Part shown: positions 54,895-63,901 of the stretch, piece after piece
How the letters are laid out: the number at the start of each line of letters is the position of its first letter
Numbering within the stretch: position 1 is the stretch's first letter
Source of the DNA: Clostridia bacterium
GTDB lineage: Bacteria > Bacillota > Clostridia > Oscillospirales > CAG-272
NCBI GenBank assembly: GCA_017517745.1
Contig: JAFWYJ010000040.1
Coordinates: forward strand, 18,453-82,452
Reading direction: 5' to 3'
Length of the DNA stretch: 64,000 nt
Notes under the pieces: generated by a model
Databases searched by the model: none
Told to the model about the DNA's origin: nothing
Seen by the model: the letters and a program-made list of their open reading frames with translations, nothing else
Program-made: the position numbers and the translations under genes

Positions 54895-54923
54895 TTGCTT
54901 TTTTGCGCGGAATATGTTATACT
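54895..54923 (+). promoter_or_regulatory. Sigma-A promoter (extended -10) for rimM-trmD
   Basis: TTGCTT (54895-54900), 17-nt spacer ending in TGt, TATACT (54918-54923). Confidence 0.5.
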
Positions 54924-54968
54924 ATAACCATCGAAGAACTTGACGGAAGGATTTTGAACGGTAGTTAT

Positions 54969-55490
54969 ATGAAGCAAGCATATCTCGAATGTGGAAAAAT
55001 CATCAACACACACGGTTTCCGCGGCACGGTCAAGCTGGAAAGCTGGTGCGACACCCCGGACGTTCTGGCGGGACTGAAAACGCTTTGGTTTGCGGAAAAC
55101 GGGGAATACCGCCCCTGCCGTGTCAAGCACGCCTCTCTGTTCAAACAGTTTGTCCTGGCGGATCTGGAGGGGGTGGAGACCGAGGACGCGGCGAATGTTT
55201 TGCGCAATCGCGTTGTGTTTGCGGCAAGAGAGGATCTTCCGTTGGAAAAGGGAGATCATTTCGTGGTCGATCTGATCGGACTTCCCGTGCTGGATGCCGA
55301 CAGCGGCGAGTGCTTGGGTGAGATGATCGACGTCAAGCAATACGGCGCGCGCGATCTTTACGTCGTGCAGACCGCCTCGGGAGAGTATATGATCCCCGCC
55401 GTGCCCGAATTCGTGCCGCGCATTGAGGAGGATGCCGTCTACGTGCGCCCCATTCCCGGACTTTTGGACGGAGGTGCGGAAAACGTATGA
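54969..55490 (+). CDS. rimM: Ribosome maturation factor RimM
   Basis: GKIINTHGFRGTVKLESW is present, followed by a PRC-barrel C-terminus. The gene lies upstream of trmD. Confidence 0.85.
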   Translation: MKQAYLECGKIINTHGFRGTVKLESWCDTPDVLAGLKTLWFAENGEYRPCRVKHASLFKQFVLADLEGVETEDAANVLRNRVVFAAREDLPLEKGDHFVVDLIGLPVLDADSGECLGEMIDVKQYGARDLYVVQTASGEYMIPAVPEFVPRIEEDAVYVRPIPGLLDGGAENV

Positions 55491-56194
55491 TGCGGTTTGA
55501 TATTATGACGCTCTTTCCCGATCTGGTCAACACGGTGCTCGGCGAGAGCATCATCGGTCGGGCGCAGAAGAGCGGTGCGATCGAGGTGCACACGCACAAC
55601 ATCCGTGATTATACCGAGGACAAGCACCGACGTGTGGACGACACGCCCTACGGCGGCGGGAAGGGTATGCTGATGATGGCACCGCCGATCTTCAATTGCT
55701 ATCAAGCAATTCTCTCACAGCAGGCAACAGACGGCTTTGAGGCCAAAAATCGCCGTGTGATCTATCTCTCTCCGACGGGAAAGGTGCTCAATCAGGCACG
55801 CGCAGCGGAGCTTGCCGCGGAATACGATAACCTCATTCTGCTTTGCGGACATTACGAAGGCGTGGATCGGCGCATCGTGGACGAGATCGTGGACGAGGAG
55901 ATCTCGATCGGTGACTTCATTCTGACGGGAGGCGAGATCCCCGCGTGCATTCTGACCGACTGTGTGGCAAGACTGGTCGACGGCGTGCTTTCGGATGCCG
56001 AATGTTACGAAAAAGAAAGCATTTCCTCGGGGTTGCTCGAATATCCGCAATATACGCGTCCCTATGAATATCACGGCGTCAAGGTTCCCGACGTGCTGAT
56101 CTCCGGACATCACGCCAACATTGATCGCTGGCGTGAGGAACAAGCGTTGGAAATGACAAAAAATCTCCGTCCCGATCTTTTGGAGGATCGGTAG
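55487..56194 (+). CDS. trmD: tRNA (guanine37-N1)-methyltransferase
   Basis: MRFDIMTLFPD, DDTPYGGGKGM and LLCGHYEGVDRR are present. Confidence 0.9.
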   Translation: MMRFDIMTLFPDLVNTVLGESIIGRAQKSGAIEVHTHNIRDYTEDKHRRVDDTPYGGGKGMLMMAPPIFNCYQAILSQQATDGFEAKNRRVIYLSPTGKVLNQARAAELAAEYDNLILLCGHYEGVDRRIVDEIVDEEISIGDFILTGGEIPACILTDCVARLVDGVLSDAECYEKESISSGLLEYPQYTRPYEYHGVKVPDVLISGHHANIDRWREEQALEMTKNLRPDLLEDR

Positions 56195-56204
56195 AGTGGA
56201 GCTT

Positions 56205-56273
56205 GCGGGGGAAGGAAACCTTCTTTGAGGAAGAAGCGTTTCCTTCCCCCGTCCCCCCATCCTTTCAAGAACC
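56205..56273. repeat. Palindromic repeat, copy 5 (hairpin B plus flank)
   Basis: GCGGGGGAAGGAAACCTTCTT..AAGAAGCGTTTCCTTCCCCCG is followed by TCCCCCCATCCTTTCAAGAACC. It lies 11 nt after the trmD stop. Confidence 0.8.
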
Positions 56274-56368
56274 TTTTTGAAAAAGGGGTAGAGGAAAAAT
56301 TGATCATTTGTTCGCATGGATAAAACCTTCTTACATATCGCCAAAGCGCGAATGAGGAGGGGCTTTCT

Positions 56369-57586
56369 ATGCTAAAATACCGAGTGCTTGCTGCCGTGAG
56401 GCGACTTTGCTTGTTCGAAGGACTTTCTGTGCTGTTGCTGTTCTGCTTGCCGTTTTTGGGCGTACTTCCTTCGCCCACGGTTGTGCTGACGGCTGGCGCG
56501 TTTTTGGTTGAGATATTATGGGGAATCCGCGCATTGACGGAGGACGGGAATCCGCGCTTCGGATTGCCCGATGCGGCAGTGTTGCCGGTTGCGCTTTCGA
56601 TGCTTTTTTCGGGATTTTTCGGCGCCGGAGGCGGGAGTGGCTTGCTTCACGCGCTTTCTTCCTTCGTTCTGGTTCTTTTTTGGTTTCCGATGCGAAGTCT
56701 TTTTCGCCGCGAAGCCTGGAAAAAACGCGCGCTTCTTGCCTTGAAAAGCGCGGCTCTCATTTCGGCGGTTTGGGGAATCGCGGAATATGTTTCCGGCAGA
56801 GCCGAGCTCCGTTGGGTGGATTTTTCACGTTTTTCGGACATCGGAGGTCGCGTTTGCGGTCCCTTTGAAAATCCCAATATTTTTGCGGTTTTTCTGGTGG
56901 CGGTCACGCCTCTTTTTTTGCAGGGAACGCCGGAAGCGGGTTCGCGGCTTTTGCGCGTGGGGAATCTGCTTTCCCTCGGCGCGTGCTTGCTGTGCATCGT
57001 GTTCACTTGGTCGCGCGGCGCTTGGCTGGCGATTTTGGCGGCGTTGATCTGTTTTTTCGTGTTTTACAGCGGGCGCACACGGAGGTGGTTTCTTTGGGGG
57101 GCGATTCCCGTCGGCATCGCCGCATGCTTTTTGCCGCATAGCGTGACCAACCGCTTTCTGAGCATCGGCTCGCTTTCCGAATCGTCGATCAACTATCGTT
57201 TTCTCACTTGGCGCGGCGTTTTGGCGATGATTCGCGCGCATCCGTGGGGAATCGGGGCGGGGAACGATGCCTTCGCGACGGTCTTTCCGACCTACGCCGT
57301 CAAAGGTACCGAGCGAACGGCGCATGCGCACGCGCTTTTTTTGCAGATCTTGATCGAGCAAGGCGTCCCGGGACTTTTGATTTTTCTCTTTTTTTTGATT
57401 GCTCTGGTGATTTCCTTCACTCGAACGCTGAGAAGCACGCGTGCGGGAAGAGGGACCGTCATCGCGGCGTTTTGCGGCATCATCGGCGTGCTGACGATGG
57501 GGCTTTTTGACTACGTTTGGTATCACCGAGGAATGCTTTTTCTCTTTTTTGCGCTTGCCGCGACGGTTCCGTTGAGGGAGGAATGA
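56369..57586 (+). CDS. O-antigen ligase (Wzy_C)-family polytopic membrane protein
   Basis: It has ~10 TM helices. WSRGAWLAILAA and HAHALFLQILIEQG are loop motifs typical of the family. The start is uncertain. Confidence 0.65.
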   Translation: MLKYRVLAAVRRLCLFEGLSVLLLFCLPFLGVLPSPTVVLTAGAFLVEILWGIRALTEDGNPRFGLPDAAVLPVALSMLFSGFFGAGGGSGLLHALSSFVLVLFWFPMRSLFRREAWKKRALLALKSAALISAVWGIAEYVSGRAELRWVDFSRFSDIGGRVCGPFENPNIFAVFLVAVTPLFLQGTPEAGSRLLRVGNLLSLGACLLCIVFTWSRGAWLAILAALICFFVFYSGRTRRWFLWGAIPVGIAACFLPHSVTNRFLSIGSLSESSINYRFLTWRGVLAMIRAHPWGIGAGNDAFATVFPTYAVKGTERTAHAHALFLQILIEQGVPGLLIFLFFLIALVISFTRTLRSTRAGRGTVIAAFCGIIGVLTMGLFDYVWYHRGMLFLFFALAATVPLREE

Positions 57587-57712
57587 TTTTGTCGGGGAAA
57601 GCGGCTGCGAGACGCGTGCCTTCCTCGTCAACTGCCTCTTTCAGCCTCTTTCTATGGCAAAATTGCACAATAAGTTTTTTTGGTTGTCATGAAAAATGCC
57701 ATAGATTGTCTA

Positions 57713-57741
57713 TTGATTTTTGTCGTATTTTTTGATATACT
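57713..57741 (+). promoter_or_regulatory. Sigma-A promoter (extended -10) for the HPr gene
   Basis: TTGATT (57713-57718), 17-nt spacer ending in TGa, TATACT (57736-57741). Confidence 0.5.
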
Positions 57742-57817
57742 ATATATGTATATGAATATGGATTTGGCGCAGAATCAATTGCGTCACAATCTTACGTAAG
57801 GAATGGGAGCAAACGTT

Positions 57818-58084
57818 ATGATTTCACGCGACATCGTCATCACCAATACCAGCGGGCTTCATGCAAGACCTGCGACCTTTTTCATTCAAAAGGCAAACTC
57901 TTACCGTGCCTCCATCTGGATCGAAAAGGATGATCGCAAGGTGAATGCAAAAAGCCTTCTCGGTGTACTTTCTCTCGGAATTGCCAAGGGCATGACCGTG
58001 ACTCTGATCGCCGACGGTCAGGACGAAGCAGCCGCAATTGCCGGCTTGGTGGAGCTGGTTGACAGCGGATTTGCGGAATTTTGA
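57818..58084 (+). CDS. ptsH: Phosphocarrier protein HPr
   Basis: GLHARPA carries His15, and NAKSLLGVLSLG carries Ser46. The protein is 88 aa from the ATG at 57818. Confidence 0.85.
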   Translation: MISRDIVITNTSGLHARPATFFIQKANSYRASIWIEKDDRKVNAKSLLGVLSLGIAKGMTVTLIADGQDEAAAIAGLVELVDSGFAEF

Positions 58085-58103
58085 GAGATTTGAGATAAGA
58101 AAA

Positions 58104-58156
58104 CAGCGGTGTGCATCGGCGAACGGATTGACGGTTCGGGCACACCGCTATTTTTC
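58104..58156 (+). terminator. Intrinsic terminator after ptsH
   Basis: CAGCGGTGTGC (58104-58114) pairs with GCACACCGCT (58140-58149). It is followed by ATTTTTCC. Confidence 0.7.
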
Positions 58157-58185
58157 CATCAAAAGAGGGAAGGAGGGCGTGTTCG

Positions 58186-60057
58186 ATGCAACAAGAGGAG
58201 ATCCGCAAGCGTCTTTTGGAGAAGGCAAACACACTGCCGCTTTGTCCGGGCGTCTACCTCATGCGGGATCGCGGCGGCAAGGTGATCTACGTCGGCAAAT
58301 CGCGCAAGCTGAAAAACCGCGTGTCGCAGTATTTTCAAAACGCTGAAAAAAACCTCAAAACGGCGCGCATGGTTTCTTTGGTGCATGAGTTTGATTATTA
58401 TATCTGCGACACCGAGATCGAGGCACTTTCTCTGGAAAACACGCTCATCAAGCAGTATACGCCCAAATACAACATCCGACTCAAGGATGCCAAGTCCTAT
58501 CCCTATATCAAGCTGACGTCCGAGGAATATCCGCGTCTCTTGTTTACCAGACGGCGCGACAGTGACCGCGCAAAATATTTCGGTCCGTATTCGGGCTCCT
58601 CGACGGCGTATGCACTGATCGAGCTTTTGCGCCGCACGTTGCGCTTGCCCGCGTGCTCGCGGGTGTTTCCGCGTGACATTGGTCGCGAGAGACCTTGTAT
58701 TTATTATCAGATGAACCGTTGCTGCGGCGTTTGCACCGGAGCGGTTTCGGCAGAGGAATACGGACGGCTGATGCGATATGCCGCCGACATTCTCAACGGC
58801 AAGAGTCGCGCGGTGCGCGAGATGCTGGAGGGGGAGATGTATGCCTTTGCCGAGGAGGAGCGCTATGAGGCTGCGGCGCGTTGCCGAGATACCATCGCGG
58901 CGCTCGACGCGATCGGAGAAAAGCAGAAGGTGGTTGCCGCACCCGATGCCGAGCATGACGTGGTGGCACTCTATTCGGACGATTTTTGCTCTTGTGTCTC
59001 GGTTTTTTACGTCCGTTCCGGCACACTTCAGGACAAGGCGGAATTTTTGTTCGGCGCGGACAGCATTCTGGAGACGGAGGACATGACCACCTTCCTGTGT
59101 GAGCACTATCAGTCCAGACAGTATATTCCGCCGCAGATTCTGCTCTCCTTTGAAATGGAGGACGCCGATCGAGAGATGCTTTCGTCCTATCTCTCAAAGA
59201 TCGCGGGGCATCGCGTCACGGTACGAACCCCCGAGAGAGGAACCTTGAAAACGCTTTGCGAAATGGTGGAAAAGAACGCCGCCGAGCAGGCAAAGCTCTA
59301 TCGTATCAACACCTCGAAGAGTGAGGGAACGCTTGCGCGTCTTGCCGAGCTGTTGCGCTTGGAGACCTATCCCTCCCGCATTGAGGCGTATGATATTTCC
59401 AACCTCGGAAAGGAACACCTGACGGCCGGCATGATCGTTTGCAACAACGGCAAATTCAGCAAGGCGGACTATCGCACCTTTCGAATTCGATCGGTCGAGG
59501 ATTCCACCGATGACTACGCCTCCATGCGCGAGGCACTTGAGCGCCGCTTGGAGCATTTGCAGGACAAGGAGGGCTCGTTTGCCAATCTCCCCGATTTGAT
59601 CTTGCTCGACGGTGGACGCGGACACGTATCCGTGGTGCGCGAATTGTTGCGGGAGAAGGGGATCGACCTGCCCGTGTTTGGCATGGTCAAGGATGACTAC
59701 CACAAAACGCGCGCGCTTTGTACCGATACCGAGGAGATCAGTATTGCCAAGGAGCATGACGTCTATTCTCTGATCTATCGCATTCAGGAGGAGGTTCACC
59801 GTTTCACGGTCGGTCGCATGGAGAATGCCAAGAGAAAGACCTTGAAAACCTCCACGCTGACGCGTATTTCGGGGATCGGCGAGGTGAAGGCAAAAAAATT
59901 GTTGCAGGCGTTTGGCGGAATGGGCGCGTTGCGCACGGCAGATGTGGACGCGATCGCAGCTGTTTCGGGAATTTCACGCCGCGATGCCGAGGCGGTTTGG
60001 ACAGAGCTTCACCGCGACAAAAAGAAGCGCGTGAGAGAGGAGAATGACGGCAAATGA
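58186..60057 (+). CDS. uvrC: Excinuclease ABC subunit C
   Basis: The GIY-YIG N-terminus is GVYLMRDRGGKVIYVGKSRKLKNRVSQYF. A UVR domain and a C-terminal HhH are present. The protein is 623 aa. Confidence 0.9.
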   Translation: MQQEEIRKRLLEKANTLPLCPGVYLMRDRGGKVIYVGKSRKLKNRVSQYFQNAEKNLKTARMVSLVHEFDYYICDTEIEALSLENTLIKQYTPKYNIRLKDAKSYPYIKLTSEEYPRLLFTRRRDSDRAKYFGPYSGSSTAYALIELLRRTLRLPACSRVFPRDIGRERPCIYYQMNRCCGVCTGAVSAEEYGRLMRYAADILNGKSRAVREMLEGEMYAFAEEERYEAAARCRDTIAALDAIGEKQKVVAAPDAEHDVVALYSDDFCSCVSVFYVRSGTLQDKAEFLFGADSILETEDMTTFLCEHYQSRQYIPPQILLSFEMEDADREMLSSYLSKIAGHRVTVRTPERGTLKTLCEMVEKNAAEQAKLYRINTSKSEGTLARLAELLRLETYPSRIEAYDISNLGKEHLTAGMIVCNNGKFSKADYRTFRIRSVEDSTDDYASMREALERRLEHLQDKEGSFANLPDLILLDGGRGHVSVVRELLREKGIDLPVFGMVKDDYHKTRALCTDTEEISIAKEHDVYSLIYRIQEEVHRFTVGRMENAKRKTLKTSTLTRISGIGEVKAKKLLQAFGGMGALRTADVDAIAAVSGISRRDAEAVWTELHRDKKKRVREENDGK

Positions 60058-60638
60058 TGAGAATTATCACGGGACGTGCGCGTGGCGTGCGCCTGGAAAC
60101 CTTGGCGGGGGAGAACACCCGCCCGACCTCGGAAAGAGCCAAAGAAGCCATTTTTTCAATGCTGCAATTTGAACTGCAGGACAAAGAGGTTTTGGATCTC
60201 TTTGCCGGCTCGGGACAGATGGGGCTTGAGGCACTCAGCAGAGGCGCACGGCATGCCTGCCTGTGTGATACCTCGCGCGATGCGGTAAAGGTGATTCGCG
60301 CCAATACGCTCAAAACCAAGCTCGCCCCCATGTGCGAGGTGGTCTCGGCGGATTGGACGGAGGCTTTGCGCGCTTTTCGTCGCAAATATCGCTTTGATCT
60401 CGTTTTCCTCGATCCTCCCTATGCGCTGGGTGTGATTCCTTCGGTGTTGGAACGCCTTTGCAAGGACGGTTTGCTTGCTTCGGATGCCATTGTGGTGTGC
60501 GAGGCGGGAAGCGCCGACGCCGTGTTCGACGGAAACGAAGATTTGATGAAAAAATTTGAAATTTTGAAGCAAACGCGATACGGCGTGGCATTTGTGACGC
60601 TGTTGCGTGTCAAGAATCAAGAGGAGGTGTCATCGTGA
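60054..60638 (+). CDS. rsmD: 16S rRNA (guanine966-N2)-methyltransferase
   Basis: RIITGRARG..L....TRPT, LDLFAGSG and FLDPPY are present. Confidence 0.85.
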   Translation: MMRIITGRARGVRLETLAGENTRPTSERAKEAIFSMLQFELQDKEVLDLFAGSGQMGLEALSRGARHACLCDTSRDAVKVIRANTLKTKLAPMCEVVSADWTEALRAFRRKYRFDLVFLDPPYALGVIPSVLERLCKDGLLASDAIVVCEAGSADAVFDGNEDLMKKFEILKQTRYGVAFVTLLRVKNQEEVSS

Positions 60639-61138
60639 GCCTTGCCATCGTGCCGGGAAGCTTTGATCCCATGACGCTGGGACACTTGGACATCGTCCGC
60701 AAGGCGGCGGAACGCTACGACGAGGTGGTTGTGGCTGTGATGATCAACGCTTCGAAAAAATATTTGTTCGATATTGAAACGCGTGTCGAGATCGCCAAAA
60801 GAACGGTTTCGGCATATCCAAACGTCCGTGTGATCGCCGATCGCGGCATGCTGATCGATCTGTTTGACCGATTGGGGGCGGATACCGTTTGCAAAGGCTG
60901 GAGAAATGACCGCGATTATGACTATGAGCTTCACATGGCGGAGTGGAATCTTGCGCACAATCCGCGTTTTCGCACCGAGATGATTCGCGCGCGCGGAGAA
61001 TTTGCCGCGCTTTCCTCCACGGAGATCCGACAGATGCTTTCCGTGGGAGACACGCCCGAGGGGCTGGTACATCCCGATGCACTGCCGCTGATATTGAAAA
61101 AATTAAACTTTGGAAAGAGGGAAGAGCATGAAGATTGA
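60635..61138 (+). CDS. coaD: Pantetheine-phosphate adenylyltransferase
   Basis: PGSFDPMTLGHLDIV (the T/HxGH motif) and ISSTEIR-like LSSTEIR are present. The GTG start overlaps the rsmD stop. Confidence 0.9.
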   Translation: MSLAIVPGSFDPMTLGHLDIVRKAAERYDEVVVAVMINASKKYLFDIETRVEIAKRTVSAYPNVRVIADRGMLIDLFDRLGADTVCKGWRNDRDYDYELHMAEWNLAHNPRFRTEMIRARGEFAALSSTEIRQMLSVGDTPEGLVHPDALPLILKKLNFGKREEHED

Positions 61139-61775
61139 ACAGAATGGAGGCGCATTCCGCGCAGGCGCGCTTTGGTTTTTGATCCTTGGCGTTTTGTTGG
61201 GTGTTTTATTGATCGTGACTCCCGTCGACAGCCTTTTGAAGATGATTTTTGTTGTGATCGGAATCATCACGATCTTTTATCAGATCCCGGGGTTTGTGAT
61301 GGGACTGATGCATCTGCATACGGGGGCGGGGATCCTTTCCTTCGTATTGTCGTTGATCTCGATGGCGATGGGTGTGGCGATGATCTTTTTCCATTCCACC
61401 GTTCTTGTTGTGATTCTCGGTGTCTATCTCATCGTTCTTCCCGCCGTGCAGCTGTTGCTTTCCAAGCAACGCGCGACACAGTGGAAGGCAGAACTCCCCA
61501 AAATCATGTTCGGCGTGGTCCTTCTTTTTGTCGGACCCGCGACCGCACTTTCGGTTTTGTTTGACGTTGCGGGATGGGTGATCATCGGTTTGTCGGTGGT
61601 TTATACGTTGATCTCGCTCCTCGTCAAGGCGGGCAAGCGTGCGAAATATGAAAATACGACGGGGAACAGAGTCTTCGTCGATACGACGGGTGACGGAAAG
61701 ATTGATACGGTGTACGTCGACACCACGGGAGACGGCGAGCCCGACACAGCAAGACGCTACCGTGACGACAAATGA
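61128..61775 (+). CDS. DUF308/HdeD-like membrane protein with a C-terminal tandem DTTGDG(x)D repeat
   Basis: The ATG at 61128 follows GGAAAGAGGGAAGAG. Five or six TM helices are present. The tail is VFVDTTGDGKIDTVYVDTTGDGEPDT. Confidence 0.6.
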   Translation: MKIEQNGGAFRAGALWFLILGVLLGVLLIVTPVDSLLKMIFVVIGIITIFYQIPGFVMGLMHLHTGAGILSFVLSLISMAMGVAMIFFHSTVLVVILGVYLIVLPAVQLLLSKQRATQWKAELPKIMFGVVLLFVGPATALSVLFDVAGWVIIGLSVVYTLISLLVKAGKRAKYENTTGNRVFVDTTGDGKIDTVYVDTTGDGEPDTARRYRDDK

Positions 61776-63175
61776 ACCGTTATAAAAAATTAGTTTCCGA
61801 CACACTGATTCTCGGAATCGGCACCTTCGGCTCCAAGCTGTTGGTCTTTTTGCTCATGCCGTTTTACACGGCATGGCTCTCCACCTCGGAGTTCAGCACA
61901 GCCGAGCTGATCAACGCGACGGCGAACCTCTTGATTCCGTTGGCGTGCGTCGGTATCGGCAACGGCATCTTTCGCTTTGCCGCCGAGCGGGAGAGCGATC
62001 AAAAAGCCGTCTTTTCCACGAGCATCGCCCTTTTGGGCATCGGTTCTGCCATCTTTGCGGTGTTGTCGCCGCTTTTGATGCTCATTGATTATTTTGACGG
62101 TTATCTTTGGTTGATCGTTTGCTACGTTCTCTCCGCCAATCTGCAATCGGTTTGCGCGCAGTACGTCAGAGCGATTGACCGCACGCGTCTGTTTGCGGTT
62201 CAGGGAATCTTGAATACGGCACTGACGATCCTCTGCAACGTGATCTTCCTTGTCGCGTTTGACATGGGCGTGACGGGCTACGTGCTGTCTGTCATCGTGG
62301 GAAATCTTTTGACCACGTTGTTTTTGGTGATTCTCGCAAGGCTTTGGCTGGTGTTTGACGTCAAACGGATCGAGCGAAGGCTGATGAAGGATCTGCTCAA
62401 ATTCAGTTTGCCGATGGTTCCCACCACGGTCTGTTGGTTGCTCACCGACCTCTCCGACCGCTATATGGTCACCTATTTTTGCGGTTCGGACGTCAACGGC
62501 GTCTATTCCGCGGCGTACAAGATCCCCACGGTCGTCAATCTGATCTCGGGCATCTTCATGCAAGCCTGGCAGTTCTCGGCGGTGGCGGAATCCTCGGATG
62601 AGACCACTTGCAAACGCTTTTATTCCGAGGTCTTTCGCGGCTTTTTGTCGGTCATCATGATCGGCACCGTGGGATTGATCCTGCTTTCGGATTTCCTGAC
62701 GGGACTGCTTCTCAACACGGCCTACGCGGACGCGGCGCGCTATATGCCCACGCTCCTGTGTGCGGCGGCGCTGGAGGCGATTGTGTCTTTTCTTGCCACG
62801 GTCTATATGGTGAAAAAGAAGAGCATGCATTCCTTCCTCACCGCAATGGTCGGCACGTTGCTCAATATCGTACTCAATTTGATTCTCATTCCGCGCCTCG
62901 GTGCGCTCGGTGCGGCGATTGCCACCATGGCAAGCTACGGATCGGTTTTGATCGTCCGTTCGGTCGATGCCACGCGCATGATCCGCTTCCGACTCTGTCT
63001 GCCGCGCATGATTCTCAGCGTTTTGCTCATCCTTGCCGCGTCGGCACTCATGACCGCGAATATGCGCGGCGCCGTTTGGTGGACGCTCATTCCAACCGCG
63101 CTCATGTTCGCGCTCAACACGCCAGCGCTGCTCGGTAGCCTCAAGCGCCTTTTGCAACACAGACGGGGAACGTAA
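61772..63175 (+). CDS. Polysaccharide/oligosaccharide flippase (MOP superfamily, Wzx/SpoVB-like)
   Basis: It has ~14 TM helices. The N-terminus KKLVSDTLILGIGTFGSKLLVFLLMPFYT is typical of the family. Confidence 0.75.
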   Translation: MNRYKKLVSDTLILGIGTFGSKLLVFLLMPFYTAWLSTSEFSTAELINATANLLIPLACVGIGNGIFRFAAERESDQKAVFSTSIALLGIGSAIFAVLSPLLMLIDYFDGYLWLIVCYVLSANLQSVCAQYVRAIDRTRLFAVQGILNTALTILCNVIFLVAFDMGVTGYVLSVIVGNLLTTLFLVILARLWLVFDVKRIERRLMKDLLKFSLPMVPTTVCWLLTDLSDRYMVTYFCGSDVNGVYSAAYKIPTVVNLISGIFMQAWQFSAVAESSDETTCKRFYSEVFRGFLSVIMIGTVGLILLSDFLTGLLLNTAYADAARYMPTLLCAAALEAIVSFLATVYMVKKKSMHSFLTAMVGTLLNIVLNLILIPRLGALGAAIATMASYGSVLIVRSVDATRMIRFRLCLPRMILSVLLILAASALMTANMRGAVWWTLIPTALMFALNTPALLGSLKRLLQHRRGT

Positions 63176-63197
63176 AATTCAATCGAGGAGATGTGAT

Positions 63198-63804
63198 ATG
63201 GCAGTCAGAAGCTGGGAAAAAGGATGGGATAAAATCGCAACAATATTTATCGGAGCGGTTTTTGCGTGCTGTGTGCTCTGTGGAATATATGCAAGTGTAT
63301 CCGCAGGTCTGGAATTCCGAAATTACGATGACTTGGAAAACAAATGTCAAACCGTTCAAGGAGAGTATATTTCTTATGAGGTGGATTATCCCGGAAGATA
63401 TGGCGCAACCAAAAGGATGATAACGGTTGATGATCGACAATATCAGGTCCGTAGCGATGAGCTTGATGAGGATGCTTTAAAAAACGATTTAAAACAGGGA
63501 GATCCGGTTACGCTCATTGTGGATTCCAAAAGAGGAAACGGTGCTTGCCATATTTGATGAACAGAAGACGTATTTATCTTATGAAACGTCAAAAAGCACG
63601 ATCAAACAGATTGCAATCAACGGTATGATCATGGGCTTGGTGTTTATTTCGGTAGGGCTCGTGAGTGCTTACTTCTATTTCATTCACCCAAAAAGGTCCC
63701 CGCATCAAAGTCGAAAACGGAGAAAAAGATCATTTTCAAACAGATCCGTGAAGCATTTTTTGTCCATAAACAAAAGAAAGCATTACCTGTCAGCGAACAA
63801 GTAA
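63198..63804 (+). pseudogene. Small two-TM protein gene apparently split by a frameshift at an A4 run
   Basis: ORF 63198-63557 ends ...LIVDSKRGNGACHI-stop. ORF 63517-63804 reads IPKEETVLAIFDEQKTYLSYE... in the next frame. Deleting one A from AAAA (63528-63531) gives a continuous ...LIVDSKEETVLAIFDEQ... Confidence 0.4.
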
Positions 63805-63895
63805 TGCTTTTTTCTATCCTTTTTCAAAAAGTTCTTGAAAGGATAGGGGTGTGGGGGAAGGAAAATCTTCTTTCAAGAAGTTTTCCTTCCCCCAC
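63776..63895. repeat. Composite palindromic repeat, copy 6 (same orientation as copy 4)
   Basis: Hairpin A is AAAGCATTAC..GCGAAC..GTAATGCTTT (63778-63810). The flank is GTTCTTGAAAGGATAGGGGTG (63831-63851). Hairpin B is GTGGGGGAAGGAAAATCTTCTT..AAGAAGTTTTCCTTCCCCCAC (to 63895). Confidence 0.8.
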
Positions 63896-63901
63896 AATCC
63901 T

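Noticed and set aside
26231-63895. Whether the recurring GGGGGAAGG palindromes are a CRISPR array
   Set aside because: The copies are kilobases apart and in both orientations, each at a gene 3' end. They are internally palindromic over ~45 bp, have no regular spacers, and no cas genes are present.
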